Shown: positions 1 through 11,906, counted from the first letter of the stretch. The stretch is DNA of 64,000 nucleotides from an uncultured Acidimicrobiia bacterium (GCA_963847815.1 CAWKBF010000001.1:20773-84772), one strand, 5' to 3'. The notes: generated from the sequence alone by a model not told the origin. A program made the numbers and translations.

Positions 1-1808
1 GTGAGGTCGTTCGAGCCCTCGAAGTCGCGGGCGGCGGTGCCGCTCGTCTCGCCGAGTCGCCACTGCCACGCCGGGTCGTCCACCTTGACCGAGTCGTTGT
101 ACGGGCTGGCCTGGGGCGTGCCGCTCGGAATGGTGACCGAGGTCGCGTTGCCGGTGATGCCGTTGCCGAACGGGTCCGTCATGCGGATCCGGTAGCTCTG
201 GCTGGTTCCCGGCGGCGCGGTGTCGTCGACGAACCCGAGGGGCTGCCGGTTCCACCAGGTGGCCTTGTCGTTGTTGAAGGTCTTGATGACCACGCCACCG
301 CGCAGCACCTCGACCTTGAGCCGTTCGTTGTCACGGTCCCAGGCTGCGGTCCACGCGAGGCGCACCGAGCCGGGGCCGACGTTGGTGATGGTGGGCGTGA
401 GCTGGCTCTGGCCCTGCACCGGGTCGACGGTCGGAGAGATCTCCCGTCGAGCGAAGCGCACGAGACCCTGCTGGCGCGTGCCGTTGACCGTCGGGAACTC
501 GCCACCGATCACCGTGTAGTCACCATTCGCCGCGACGCTCCAACCGGCCTGGGACTGCCCGGTGAACGTGCCGAGCTCGAGGGTCGGCATCCAGTGCAGG
601 TTCTGACCCGCCGGGCGCCCGGCCGGGACGTTCCAGTTGTTGCCGACGCCGTACGCGTTGGTCAGCGTCGTGATGGGGTTGGCGTCGATCGCCTGCGCGT
701 ACTGGTACGAGCGGGTCGGCATCTCGGGGTTCCAGTCGAGCATCCCCCAGTCGTGCGGGTGGCCGACGTTGTAGACGACGCCGTTGGCGGTCGCGACGCT
801 GTAGTTGTCGCCGCGGCCTCCGTTCATCCACTGGAACGCGCCGGTCTCGGCGTTCGCCGAGAACACGCCCTCGAAGTTCGCGTTCGCGCCCTTCGGACTG
901 TACGACCAGCCGGTGCCGAAGACGCTCGTGCCGTCGGTCGCGAGGCCGGAGATCTCCGCGCCCTCTTCGTTGTTCCGGATGATGGTGTTGATCGGCCACG
1001 GCATGTTCGTGCCCGTGGTGCCGTCGACCGCACCCATGCCGAGGTTCGTCGCACCGTTCAGCGTGTTGAAGTTGCCACCGACGACGATCTTCCCGGTCGC
1101 CGGGATGGCCACCATGCTCACGACCTCGCGGTCGGTGGCCGGCGACCACGACTGAAGTGCACCCGTGGTCGCGTTGACGGCCGCAAGCCGCGACCGTGCC
1201 TGGCCGCCGAACGTGGTGAAGTAGCCGCCGACGTAGAGGGTGTTGTTGTTGACTGCCATCGACGCGACGCGGTTGTTCGCACCCGAGGAGGTGAAGCCGG
1301 GGAGCAGCGCGCCGGTCTGCGCGTCGATAGCGGCAATCTTCTGGCGCGTCACGTTGTTCACGCGGTCGAAGTCACCGCCGACGTAGATGACCGAGCCATC
1401 GGCCGACTTGGTGATCGCCATTCCTTGCGCGTTCAAGGTCGGTGCCCACGACGTGACGAGCGCGCCAGTAGTGATGTCGTAGGCGAGGATGTTGGAGCGC
1501 GCGGTCTGGTTCGTACCGGCGGCGGAGCCTGCCGGTCGTGCTGAGCTGAAGTTGCCGGTTGCGTACACGCGGTTTCCGGCGATCACCTGCGCCCAGACGA
1601 CGCCATTGATCTGCACGGTGGGCAGCGCAGCGGCCGAGACAGTCTCCGGACGCGAAGGATCGACCGGTGCCGTGTCCGCGGCCGCAGGGGAGATCGCGAC
1701 GTTGCTCGACACCAATGCAACGAGGTTGCCCGCCACCAACGCGATCGCCACGAACATGGCGGCCAACGCCAGACGGCCCCGTCGGACTCCACTCACCGAC
1801 GCACGCAT
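1..1808 (-). CDS. Secreted beta-propeller / FN3 / LamG-like protein; only the first 602 codons are present because the gene runs off the left edge
   Basis: It is absent from the supplied ORF track because no stop codon lies inside the window. Reading the reverse complement from ATG 1808-1806 stays open to base 1, with GC-rich third positions. The sequence starts MRASVSGVRRGRLALAAMFVAIALVAGNLVAL (signal or anchor). Repeated blades of the type YVGGxF...IAAIDAQTGAL follow, then GPGSVRLAWTAAWD (FN3-like) and DDPAWQWRLGETSG. The family call is by eye only. Confidence 0.7.
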   Translation of the reverse strand, partial: MRASVSGVRRGRLALAAMFVAIALVAGNLVALVSSNVAISPAAADTAPVDPSRPETVSAAALPTVQINGVVWAQVIAGNRVYATGNFSSARPAGSAAGTNQTARSNILAYDITTGALVTSWAPTLNAQGMAITKSADGSVIYVGGDFDRVNNVTRQKIAAIDAQTGALLPGFTSSGANNRVASMAVNNNTLYVGGYFTTFGGQARSRLAAVNATTGALQSWSPATDREVVSMVAIPATGKIVVGGNFNTLNGATNLGMGAVDGTTGTNMPWPINTIIRNNEEGAEISGLATDGTSVFGTGWSYSPKGANANFEGVFSANAETGAFQWMNGGRGDNYSVATANGVVYNVGHPHDWGMLDWNPEMPTRSYQYAQAIDANPITTLTNAYGVGNNWNVPAGRPAGQNLHWMPTLELGTFTGQSQAGWSVAANGDYTVIGGEFPTVNGTRQQGLVRFARREISPTVDPVQGQSQLTPTITNVGPGSVRLAWTAAWDRDNERLKVEVLRGGVVIKTFNNDKATWWNRQPLGFVDDTAPPGTSQSYRIRMTDPFGNGITGNATSVTIPSGTPQASPYNDSVKVDDPAWQWRLGETSGTAARDFEGSNDL

Positions 1809-2110
1809 GCGTCCCTCCCTCGCCTCTCGCCCGAACCTGACTGCCCCGACCGTCCGAGCGTCCCCAGCCCTCGCACGATGTGCCCTATTTGGCACCGTAC
1901 ACGGAGAAAGGGCGCTCAGGACAGGCGGTAGGAGCTTCCGTCGGAAATGATCCATTCGCCCTAGGTGGGAAGCAGGAGCGCGACGGCAACACGATCGGGC
2001 CCGCGCACCCGGGGCGCGGGGACGCGGCGATCGCGCGCGGACTGGTGGCAGGCCACGGGAGGCGGCAGCATCGGGGCGCGGATCCATTGGCGAGGTCGAG
2101 GGGAGCAGGC

Positions 2111-3670
2111 ATGGCGGGGTATGACGCGATCGTCATCGGGGCCGGTCACAACGGTCTGACCGCGGGCGCGGTGATGGCTCGCGACGGGATGCGGGTGCTC
2201 GTCGTCGAGAAGAACCAGTACGTCGGCGGCATGGCGGCGACGACCGAGCTGATCCGTGGGTACAAGTTCGAGATCGCGGGCTCGGTCCTGTTCCCGGTGC
2301 CCGACGAGATCTTCGATGCGCTCGGTCTGGGCGACTGCCCGACGCTGCCGTCCGAGGTGATGTCGGTGAACGTCGGCGAGCCGGGCACCGCGCCGATGAT
2401 GTTCTACGCCGACCCCGAACAGCTCATGAACCACCTCATCGAGACGAACGGCATGGACGCCGTGCTGGGCATGGCGGAGGTTGCCGCGTGGTGCGATGCA
2501 CCGGCACGGGCGATCGGACGCAAGGACGTCCGCCTGCCGCCCAGGACACTTGACGAGATGTTCGCCAGTGCGACCACGGAGCAGGAGCGCGAGGCGATCC
2601 GCACCGCGATGTACGGGTCGGTGATGGACGTGGTCGATCGGTTCCTTCCCGACAAGGAACGGCACGCGATGTTGCGCGGCATGCTGGCCTTCCTGTCGGT
2701 GAACTCGACCTACCGCGGGCCGTACACACCGGGCAGTGCGATGTGCCTTGCGTTCGCGCTCACCGCTCCCGGCACCCAGATGATCCGCAAGGTCAAGGGT
2801 GGGATCGGCGCGCTCTGCGCGCACGTGCAACAGCTCCTCGAAGCGCACGGGGGAGAGGTCCGGCTCCACGCCAAGGTCGAGGAGATCCTCACCGAAGACG
2901 GCCGCGTGACCGGCGTCCGATTGATCGACGGCGAGGTGATCCACGCGCCGATCGTCGTCTCCAACCTCGATCCGACGCTGACGTTCACGAAGCTTCTGGA
3001 CCCGGCAGTCGTACCGGATGCGGTGCGGGACCGGGTCAGCGCGATCGACCATCGGGCCGCGTACGTGCAGATCCACTTCGCGCTCGACGGGCTGCCGGAG
3101 TTCGTCGACCAGTACGCGGTGATCAACGACGGGGTCCTGCGCGCCAACCTCGGGGTCTTCAGCTCGCCGGAGCAGATGCAGCGCGACTTCGAGGGGTGCG
3201 TGCGCGGTGAGGTGCCGGACTCTCCGTCGTTCGGCTTCCAGATCCCGAGCGTGCTCGACCCGTCGCTCGCGCCCGCGGGCAAGCATGCAGCCAGCGCGTA
3301 CGCCTTCTACTTCCCGATCACCGGGACCCGCGAGGAGCAGAACCGGCTCGCCGACGTGATGGCCGATCGTGTCGTGGCGCGCATCGCGCAGATGGCACCG
3401 AACTTTCCCGACATCATCGACCGGCGGGTCGTCTACCCGTCGTACACGTTCGAGCTGATGTTCGGCGCCACCGGCGGTGACTTCTGCCACGGCCTGCTCC
3501 ACCCCGAGCTCATGGGTCCCTTCCGACCCGGACCCCGCGGGTGGCTGGACCTGCCGATCCCCGTCGACGGGTTGTTCCTCTCCAGCACCGGGTGCCACGG
3601 CGGCCCCGGCGTCACGTTCATCCCGGGCTACAACGCGGGCTTCGCCGCCCTCGACGCCTTCCACGCATGA
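2111..3670 (+). CDS. NAD(P)/FAD-dependent oxidoreductase, phytoene-desaturase (CrtI-like) family
   Basis: This is ORF 1880..3670 with the start moved to ATG 2111, which has a purine-rich stretch just upstream. The dinucleotide-binding motif begins there: MAGYDAIVIGAGHNGLTAG...VLVVEKNQYVGG. The frame is uninterrupted. Confidence 0.85.
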   Translation: MAGYDAIVIGAGHNGLTAGAVMARDGMRVLVVEKNQYVGGMAATTELIRGYKFEIAGSVLFPVPDEIFDALGLGDCPTLPSEVMSVNVGEPGTAPMMFYADPEQLMNHLIETNGMDAVLGMAEVAAWCDAPARAIGRKDVRLPPRTLDEMFASATTEQEREAIRTAMYGSVMDVVDRFLPDKERHAMLRGMLAFLSVNSTYRGPYTPGSAMCLAFALTAPGTQMIRKVKGGIGALCAHVQQLLEAHGGEVRLHAKVEEILTEDGRVTGVRLIDGEVIHAPIVVSNLDPTLTFTKLLDPAVVPDAVRDRVSAIDHRAAYVQIHFALDGLPEFVDQYAVINDGVLRANLGVFSSPEQMQRDFEGCVRGEVPDSPSFGFQIPSVLDPSLAPAGKHAASAYAFYFPITGTREEQNRLADVMADRVVARIAQMAPNFPDIIDRRVVYPSYTFELMFGATGGDFCHGLLHPELMGPFRPGPRGWLDLPIPVDGLFLSSTGCHGGPGVTFIPGYNAGFAALDAFHA

Positions 3671-3729
3671 ACCTGCTTTCATAGCGACCTGCCGGTGGCT
3701 CGCACCGGCGTCGTCAAGGGGGCTGCGCG

Positions 3730-5912
3730 GTGGTGGAGACGGGGACGTTCGAAGAGGCACGCACGGCAGTAGCGGCCGGCGAGTCGGCGGAGGATGTCGC
3801 CCGATCGTTGGTCGCATCACTGACGCGCGAGGAGCGGCTGTGGTGCCTCGACGGCGACGCGCCGACCTGGGCCGGCCTCACCTTCCTGGGCGGCGATGAC
3901 GGCTATCACAAGACCACCTTCGTGGCCGCCGAGGTCGACCGCGTCGGGATTCCCGGCGTTCGGTTCAGCGACGGACCGCGTGGTGCGGTCGTGCAAAACG
4001 CGACCTGCTTCCCGGTGACCATGGCGCGTGGCGCGACGTGGGATCCGGAGCTCGAGGAGCGAATCGGCGACGCAATCGGCATGGAGCTGCGAGCCGTCGG
4101 TGCGAACCTCACCGGTGCGGTGTGCGTCAACCTGCTGCGGCACCCCGCATGGGGAAGGGCCCAGGAGACCTACGGCGAGGACCCACATCACGTTGGCGAG
4201 CTCGGTGCGGCCCTGACCCGAGGTTTGCAGCGCCACGTCCTGGCGTGCGTGAAGCACTTCGTGTGCAACTCGATGGAGAACGCCCGGTTCTCGGTCGACA
4301 TCGAGGTGGACGAGGTGGCGCTGCACGAGGTGTACCTCCCGCACTTCCGTCGCATCATCGACGAGGGCGTCGCGTCGGTCATGTCCGCGTACAACAGCGT
4401 CAACGGCGAGTGGTGCGGGCAGAACCGCGAGCTCCTCACGGGCGTGCTCCGGGATGAGTGGGGATTCCAGGGCTTCGTGATCAGCGACTGGATCTTCGGC
4501 ATGCGCGACGCGGCGAAGTCCGTGACCGCCGGGCTCGACATCGAGATGCCGTACCGCATGGTCCGCCAGCAGCACCTGACCGGTGCGCTCGAGGCTGGTG
4601 ACGCCTCATGGGACGACATCGACCGATCGGTCGAGCGGATCGTCGCGACATTGCTGCGCTTCGACTCCGTGCTCTCCGCACCGGATCCTTCCGCGGCCAT
4701 CCTCGGTGCGCCCGAGCACCGCGAGCTCGCCCGGGAGGTCGCCGCACGCTCGGTGGTGCTGCTCCGCAACGAGGTGGTCGACGGTGCTCCGCTGCTGCCG
4801 CTGGCCGCTGATGGCGGGCAGATCGCGGTGCTCGGTCGGCTGGCCGACACGATCAACCTGGGTGACGGCGGGTCGAGTGATGTGTGGGATCTCGAATGCC
4901 GGACGGTGCTGGACGGTTTGCGCGGCGCTGTCGCCGATGTTGTCCACGACGACGGCAGCGACATCGAGCGCGCGGCTGGCGTCGCGGCCGGCGCCGATGT
5001 CGCGGTGGTCGTCGTCGGGTACACGTACCTCGACGAGGGTGAGTACATCGGCGCGACCGACCCGTCGCTGCCCGCACTGTTTCCAAAGGCCGACGAGCCT
5101 GACGTCACCGAGCGCTTCGAGGCCTCGATCGCGGATCTCCCGGTGAGCACGAAGCCGGAGCACGTCATCGATCGCGGGACGGGCTTCAGCACCGGTGGCG
5201 ACCGCGAGACGTTGCGGCTCCTGCCGGCCGACGTGGAGCTGATCCATGCGGTTGCCGCCGCGAACCCGCGCACGGTCGTGGTGATCCAGGCGGGGAGCGC
5301 AGTCGTAGCCTCCGAATGGATCGACGAGGTGCCGGCAGTGGTGCAGGCCTGGTACGCCGGGTGTCAGGCCGGCCCCGGACTGGCCGACGTGCTGTTCGGT
5401 TCGGTGAACCCGTCGGCGCGGCTTCCGTTCAGCGTTCCCGTCGACGAACGCGATCTGCCGCCGTTCGACCGCGACGCGACCTCGTTCCGCTACGACCGCT
5501 GGCACGGCTGGTGGCACCTCGCCCGCCGGGGAACGACCCCGGCCTTCCCGTTCGGGTTCGGGTTGTCCTACACGAGCTTCGAGCTCGCGGACATCGACGT
5601 GTCGGTCGCAAACGATGTCGTGACGGTCCGCGGCGCAGTGAGGAACACCGGGCGAACGCGACGGCGCCGACGTCGTCCAGGTCTACGCCACGCTGCCGGA
5701 CCCGGAGGCTCCCGCCGCGGCTCATCGGCTTCGCCCGCGTCGAGGTGGGCGCGCAGGCCGAGGCGCGGTTCGAGATCGCGGTACCGGTCGATCGGCTCGA
5801 GACCCGCGACCCGGACCAGCACGCGTGGAGGCGTGCGAGTGGTCACCACCGCATCACCGTCGCCCGGTTCGCGACGGACCCCGACGCCGCCTCGGTCGAG
5901 ATCGACCTGTAG
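3730..5912 (+). pseudogene. GH3 beta-glucosidase with a disrupted frame (two +1 shifts); either a pseudogene or indel sequencing error
   Basis: ORF 3730..6609 shows GH3 motifs (KHFVCNS, GFVISDW) up to VRGAVRNTG and then becomes an Arg-rich nonsense tail. The real continuation ERDGADVVQVYATLPDPEAP is in the next frame (about 5653-5712). RLIGFARVEVGAQAEARFEI...SVEIDL-stop follows in the third frame (tail of ORF 5316..5912). The shifts sit at GGG 5650-5652 and CCC 5711-5713. Confidence 0.8.
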
Positions 5913-5979
5913 GAGCACGGACGATTCGGCGCCGCCCGTGGCCAAACAGCCGGGCCGAAGTGGTGCCAAGACCTGGGGG

Positions 5980-6652
5980 TCAGCCGGCGAGGATGATGCG
6001 GGCGATCGCGGCATAGAACAGCAGGCCGGCCGCGATCACGAGTGCGTGGAACACCTCGTGGAATCCGAACACGCCAGGGATCGGGTCGGGCTTGCGCGTG
6101 GAGTACACCACCGCGCCGACGGAGTACACGACGCCACCGGCCACGATCAGCGAGAACGTGATCACGCCGAGCTGGTTCCAGAGCACCGGGAAGAACGCGA
6201 GCGCCGTCCAGCCGATGACGACGTACAGGCCTGCGACGAGCCAGCGCGGCGCGTGCAGCCAGAACAGCTGCACGACGATCCCGATGATGGCGAGTGGCCA
6301 CACGATCCCGAGCAGGATGCGCGCGCTGCGGGTGTCGAGACCGACCACGGCGATGGGGGTGTACGTCGACGCGATGCCCACCAGGATCATCGAGTGGTCG
6401 AGGCGGCGGAGGCGTTGCCGGACCGGTGGGCTCCAGCTGCCGCGGTGGTACACCGCGCTCGTGCCGTACATCGCGGTGATCCCGACGGTGTAGACGAGCA
6501 CCGCCCAACGCGCCGCGGTCGTATCGGCGGCGACGATCGAGCGCGAGCCCGAGCACCGGGAAGACGAACGCCGCGATCTCGTGCGACACGCCGCGCCAGC
6601 GCGGCTTGACGTCGACCGCGCCCTCGGTGGGCAGCATCGACGGATCGGTCAC
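5980..6652 (-). pseudogene. Hemolysin-III / PAQR family membrane protein with one frame disruption
   Basis: The C-terminal 173 aa is ORF 5980..6501, a multi-pass membrane protein. The matching N-terminus MTDPSMLPTEGAVDVKPRWRGVSHEIAAFVFPVLGLAL starts at GTG 6652 in another frame (ORF 5843..6652). The frames join near 6538, where there is one extra base. Confidence 0.75.
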
Positions 6653-6743
6653 AGCACCGCGACTTTAGGAGGAGCGAGGCGGTTGCGCCCAGTGACGCCA
6701 TGTCCGCGGACCGGAGCAGGCAGCGGGCGATCTTGCCTGAACC

Positions 6744-8378
6744 TCACCGATTGCGGAGGTTGGGCACCAGTCGCTTGGCGTCGCGCTCGGCATCGAGGAC
6801 AGTCCGGAGCCGGCTGAGCGCATCGGGCGCGTCTTCGGCGCGGTTCGAGCGCTCCTCGGGGTCGGCGGACAGGTTGTGCATCTCGAAGACCGGTTCCGCG
6901 GCCGGTGGCAGATACGGGTTGGCGGCGATCCCGTGCTCCGCGTTCCACTCGTCGAGCCGCTCGTAGTAGTGGTTGAGCTTCCACAGCTCCGTCCCGCCGC
7001 TCTCGCCGGTCGGGAGCGTGGTGATGACCGACTCGATGCACGTTGGTGGGCCGACCGCGTCGAACGGCTTGCCGGTCACCGGGTTGTTCTGCGACTGCCC
7101 GCGGGTGACGTCGTCCTCGGTCATGAAGTAGATCGGAGTCACGATCGACTCCGGAGAGGTCGTGCCGGTGATGACGCCACTCAGATCGCGACCGGGGAGC
7201 GGGCGAACCTCGGTGTGATGCGCAGAGACTCCGGCGGCCACGCGTTCGACGTCGATGCCCGCGAGCCCCATCAACGTCGGCAGCAGGTCGATGTGACTCG
7301 TCGGTGTGGAGATCCCACCGGGCACCGGTGCCACACCGGGACCGCGGACGAGCATGGGGACGTGAGTGGCTTCGTCGAACGCGTTGCACCACTTCTGCTG
7401 GAGTCCGCCGTGGGCGCCGACGAGATCGCCGTGGTCGGACGTGAACACGACGATCGTGTCGTCCGCCATCCCTGACGCCTCGAGCGCGTCCAAGATCCGC
7501 GCGATGGCCTGATCGACGAGCTTCTGGAGGTAGTAGTAGAGCCGGCGGTAGGCCATGTCCGAGGGAGCCTCCGCGATCATGAGCGGGAGGATCCGCTTGA
7601 ACTCCTCCTGGCATGCCGGCCGCCCCGCGAACGAGTCGTCCTGCGACGGTGGTGCCTCGATGTCGGGCACGGTGTCATCCGGTCCCTCGAACCCGAGCAA
7701 CAGCTCGTACAACCCGCCGGCGAACGCGATGTCGTGGGGGTTCACGAACGAGGCGACAGCCAGCCACGGCCCGTCGCTGGATGCCTCCGCGAGCTCTCCG
7801 AACAGATCGATGACCTGCTCCGCGAAGACGCCGTCGCGCACCGTCCCGCAGTCGGACTTCGCCGCACCATGGGGTTCGCGACCGATCCAGCCGGAGAAGC
7901 CGAACGGATCGAGCCGATCGGCCTTGCGGTAGGCCTCGACTGCCTCCGCGATCACCCTGCCGTCGTCGTCGGACGCCTTCAGGCCTTCGTGGCTGCGGGC
8001 GATGGTGAGGTCGGCGTACGACACGTGCCACTTGCCGCGGTAGTGGGTCTGATAACCGCCGGCTCGGAACCAGTCGCCCAGGGTCGGGATCCCGTCGGGG
8101 TCGAGCCACCCCATGTCCCGATCGGTGTGGCTCTTCGCGGTGCCGTCCGTCTGGGAGACGCCGTGCAGCGACGGGTACTGCCCGGTGAAGAGCGTGGTGC
8201 GGCTCGGCGCACACGCCGTGGATCCCACATAGTGCCGGTGGAGCTCGACGCCACCCGACCGGATCCGTTCCCGAGCCGGCATCTGGGTTCGACGGAACTC
8301 GGCGACCGCGTCACTCTCGTACGGCGGCGCGTAGCGCTCCTCGTCCGTCATGATCAGCAGGATGTTCGGGGATGTCAT
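6744..8378 (-). CDS. Sulfatase (arylsulfatase / choline-sulfatase-like)
   Basis: This is ORF 6744..8435 with the start set to ATG 8378 (MTSPNILLIMTDEE). It has the formylglycine signature CAPSR in STACAPSRTTLFTG, plus TSDHGD. The frame is uninterrupted. Confidence 0.9.
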   Translation of the reverse strand: MTSPNILLIMTDEERYAPPYESDAVAEFRRTQMPARERIRSGGVELHRHYVGSTACAPSRTTLFTGQYPSLHGVSQTDGTAKSHTDRDMGWLDPDGIPTLGDWFRAGGYQTHYRGKWHVSYADLTIARSHEGLKASDDDGRVIAEAVEAYRKADRLDPFGFSGWIGREPHGAAKSDCGTVRDGVFAEQVIDLFGELAEASSDGPWLAVASFVNPHDIAFAGGLYELLLGFEGPDDTVPDIEAPPSQDDSFAGRPACQEEFKRILPLMIAEAPSDMAYRRLYYYLQKLVDQAIARILDALEASGMADDTIVVFTSDHGDLVGAHGGLQQKWCNAFDEATHVPMLVRGPGVAPVPGGISTPTSHIDLLPTLMGLAGIDVERVAAGVSAHHTEVRPLPGRDLSGVITGTTSPESIVTPIYFMTEDDVTRGQSQNNPVTGKPFDAVGPPTCIESVITTLPTGESGGTELWKLNHYYERLDEWNAEHGIAANPYLPPAAEPVFEMHNLSADPEERSNRAEDAPDALSRLRTVLDAERDAKRLVPNLRNR

Positions 8379-8572
8379 GGCGGGAGACACTAGGAGTTCC
8401 GAGCGGGCCGGAGGGCGCGGAGCCTGACGGGGCAACGGGTGACGCGCGTCTGTAACGCGAGCTCGCCAGAATCACCGTCATCCAACCGGGCGTAGGGTCC
8501 GGGACTCAAAGAGCGCCGAATTGCGGCCACGCACGGCGGTGGCCGGCAGGTGCATCAGGTCGAAGGGCACGA

Positions 8573-11500
8573 GTGGCGACATCGGGGCTGGTCATCATCC
8601 TGTTCACGGACCTGGTCGGGTCCACGGACCGCGCCTCCGAAGTGGGCGACCACGCGGCCGACGACCTGCGCCGGGACCACTTCGCGTCGCTCCGCGAGGC
8701 GGTCGACCGCAACGGGCGGCACCGAGGTGAAGACCATCGGCGACGCGCTGATGGTGTCGTATCAGGGTGCGTCCGACGCGCTCGAGGGCGCCGCGGCGAT
8801 GCAGCGGGCGGTCGAGCGCCACAACCGTCGGCTCACCGGCGGCCGGATCGAGATGCGCATCGGCGTGAGCGCGGGCGACGCCACGTTCGAGGACGACGAC
8901 TGGTTCGGTACGCCGGTGATCGAGGCGGCACGCCTGTGCTCGGCCGCGGCGGGTGACCAGATCCTGGCGAGCGACCTGGTGCGCGCGCTGGCCGGATCCC
9001 GCACCGACCTCGAGCTGCGGCCGCTCGGCGCGATGGAGCTCAAGGGGCTGCCGGATCCGCTCGCGGTCTGCGAGGTCATCTGGCAGATCGGAACCACCGG
9101 CGCGGAGGTTCCGCTGCCCGCGTTCGTCGAGACGAACCCGTCCTTTCCCTTCGCGGGCCGGCTCGATCAGCTCGAGAGCCTCACGCTCGCGTGGAAGGAA
9201 GCCGCGGAGGGCGCTCGGCGCGCGGTGCTCGTCTCCGGGGAGCCGGGCATCGGGAAGACCCGACTCGTCACCGAAGCGGTCCGCGGTGCGCACGACCACG
9301 GTTCGATCGTGCTGTGGGGTCGATGCGACGAAGAGCTCGGCGCGCCGTTCGGACCCTTCGCCGAGGCGCTGCGTCACTACGTCCTGGTCGACTCCGCCCG
9401 ACCGGCTGCGCGCGGAGATCGGCGCACTCGGCGGCGAGCTCGTCCGCATCGTGCCGGAGATCGCGGCGCGGGTGCCCGGCCTCGCGGAGCCGATGCGCGC
9501 CGACGCCGACACCGAGCGCTACCAGCTGTTCGACGCGGTGGTGGATCTGCTCGCCGAGATGTCGGCCGCCCAACCGGTCGTGCTGGTGCTCGACGACATC
9601 CACTGGTCCGACAAGCCGTCGCTCGTGCTGCTCCGCCACCTCTTGCGTTCGGCGACGCCGATGCGGCTGCTGGTGCTCTGCACGTATCGCGACACGGACC
9701 TCGATCGCAGCCATCCGCTCTCGGACGCGCTCGCCGACTTCCGCCGCCAGCCCGGGGTCGAGCGACTCGACCTGCACGGCCTCGACGGCGACGAGGTCAC
9801 CGGCCTCATGACGATGACCGCGGGCCACGACCTCGAGCAGTCCGGGCTCGATCTCGCCCGGGCCCTGCACGCCGAGACCGAAGGCAACCCGTTCTTCGTG
9901 GGTGAGGTGCTCCGCCATCTCGCCGAGACCGGCGTGCTCGTCGAGCGGGACGGCCGCTGGACCGCGAACGTCTCCATGGGTGACTTCGGCATCCCCGAGG
10001 GCATCCGCGAAGTCGTCGGTCGTCGGCTGCTCGCGGCTGTCGGACGCGGTGAACCAGGCACTCGCGCTCGGCGCAGTGATCGGACCCGTGTTCGACCTCA
10101 CGATCATCGAAGGGGCCGGCGGTCCGAGCGGCGACGAGCTGTTCGACGCGCTCGACGAGGCGACGGCCGTCGGGCTCATCCGCGAGGTGCCCGGCGCGGT
10201 CGGCCGGTACGCGTTCGCGCACGCGCTGGTGCGCTCGGCGCTGTACGAGGAGCTCACGACGAACCGTCGGGTGCGCATGCACTGGCGGATCGGCGAGGTC
10301 ATCGAGGCGCGGTGCTCAGCTGCGACTCGACGCGCACCTCGACGAGCTCGCGTTCCACTTCAGCGAAGGCGCGTTGGCGGGCGACCCGATGAAGGCGGTC
10401 GGGTACGCGCGCCGGGCGGCCGAGCTGGCTCTGGGTGAGCTCGCGTTCGAGTCCGCGGCGAGCCACTTCGAGCGAGCGCTGGGGTCGCTGGAGCTCGTGG
10501 ACCACGGCGAGCCTGCAGTGCGGTGCGATCTGCTGACCGCGCTGGCGCAGGCGTACCAGGCCTCGGGCGACGAACGACGCATCGCGACCGTGTTCGAGGC
10601 GGTGAAGGTCGCCCGGTCGATCGGAGACGCCGAGCGGCTTGCTCGCGCGGCCCTGGTGCTCGTGGATCCGGCCCACGTCGACGCGTGGTGGGAACGTCGA
10701 CGACGAGCTGGTCGCGCTGCTCGACGAGGCGCGGATCGCACTCGGAGACGGAGCATCGCCGGTGCGCATCCGGGTCCTCGCGTCGCTCGCGGTGGAGCTG
10801 TTCTGGGGCCCGGAGGTCGAGCGGCGCATGAGCTACGCCGATGAGGCGCTGGATCTGGCGCGGTCGATCGGTGACCCCGACACGCTCAGCTACGTCCTCA
10901 TTCGGAGCTGGGCGTTCGTCGACGGCTCGCAGCCGTGGCTCGAATCGTTCGGTCGGCTCACCGACGAGGCGGAGATCGCCGCCCTCGAGACCGGTGACAC
11001 GGACGCGTTGCGCACCATCAACACGTACGCGATGTGGAATGCCGCGATGGTGGGCGACCGCGCGGACGTACGAGGCGCGGTACGAGGCGTACGTCCGGTT
11101 CGGGGACCAGATGCGCCAACCCAGTGCTCGAGCGCAGCGGATGTGGACGGACGCCGCCAAGGCCGCCTTCGAGGGGCGCTACGAAGTGGCGGAGCAGCTC
11201 GTCGTCGACAGCATCGCCGTCGCGCAACAGGCCGACATCGCGGCCGACTCGATCAGCGGCGTGGTCGGGAGCCTCTTCTACGCGATCCGTCAGGGTCAGG
11301 GCCGGCTCGACGAGCTCGTGCCGGCAGTCGAGGAGCTCGTCGACGGACCAGCCGGGCGCCCCGGTGTGGCGAGTCGCAGCTGCGGGCGCGCTCGTCGAGA
11401 GCGACCGGATCGAGGACGCACGCCCACACTTCATGTGGCTGGCGGAGAACGACTGCGCCAACGTGCCGGGCGACGTGGAGTACCCGGTCGTGCTCTGCGG

Positions 11501-11895
11501 ACTGGCTCGGCTCGCGTTCCGGATACGTCCCCCGGAGGCCATCACCCGATCGATCCATGACCGGCTGGTTCCGTTCACGGGCATCTTCAACTGGACCGGG
11601 CCCTCGATGGCGGAAGCCAACGACCTCGGTCTGGGCAACTCCGCCGCCCTGCTCGGTCGTCGATGACGAATCCGATCGCTACTTTGCCGCGACGCTCGAT
11701 CTGTGTGAGCGGGCCGGCGCCCGCGGGATGCTGGCGCGGGCCCACTACGACTGGGGCCGGGTGCTCGCCGAACGCGGCGACACGACGAAGGCGCGCGAGC
11801 ACGCGGAGATCGCCGTGGCGATGGGTGAAGAGCTCAGCATGACCGGAACGTTCGGCGTCGTCGCGCGCGGCCAGTCCCTGCTCGCCGAGCTGTGA
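8573..11895 (+). pseudogene. Class III adenylate/guanylate cyclase + P-loop ATPase + helical (TPR-like) repeat regulator, interrupted by eight +1 frame changes
   Basis: The protein has to be stitched from ORF frames 8573, 8550, 8953, 9902, 10374, 10639, 10841, 11034 and back to 10639. It contains a cyclase core (LFTDLVGST, KTIGDALM, GVSAGDA), a Walker A motif (SGEPGIGKTRL), LVLDDIHW and helical repeats running to GQSLLAEL-stop. The shifts are near 8715, 9398, 10030, 10311, 10691, 11065, 11348 and 11658; several lie in GGG or CCC runs. Confidence 0.8.
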
Positions 11896-11906
11896 GGGCG
11901 TAACGC

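Noticed and set aside
1961-3820. 619-aa minus-strand ORF covering the CrtI-like gene. Similar long ORFs occur at 15491..17029, 19408..21462, 22769..25498 (909 aa), 44870..46681 and 46170..47729.
   Set aside because: All lie antisense to genes with clear family motifs. They are Arg/Pro/Gly/His-rich with no motifs. In GC-rich DNA the antisense frames often stay open, so I treat these as shadow ORFs.
5650-6609. The 959-aa ORF 3730..6609 suggests a much longer GH3 protein.
   Set aside because: After VRGAVRNTG the translation becomes Arg/Ser/Pro-rich nonsense and runs antisense through the hemolysin-III gene. The genuine GH3 C-terminus is recovered in the other two frames and stops at 5912.
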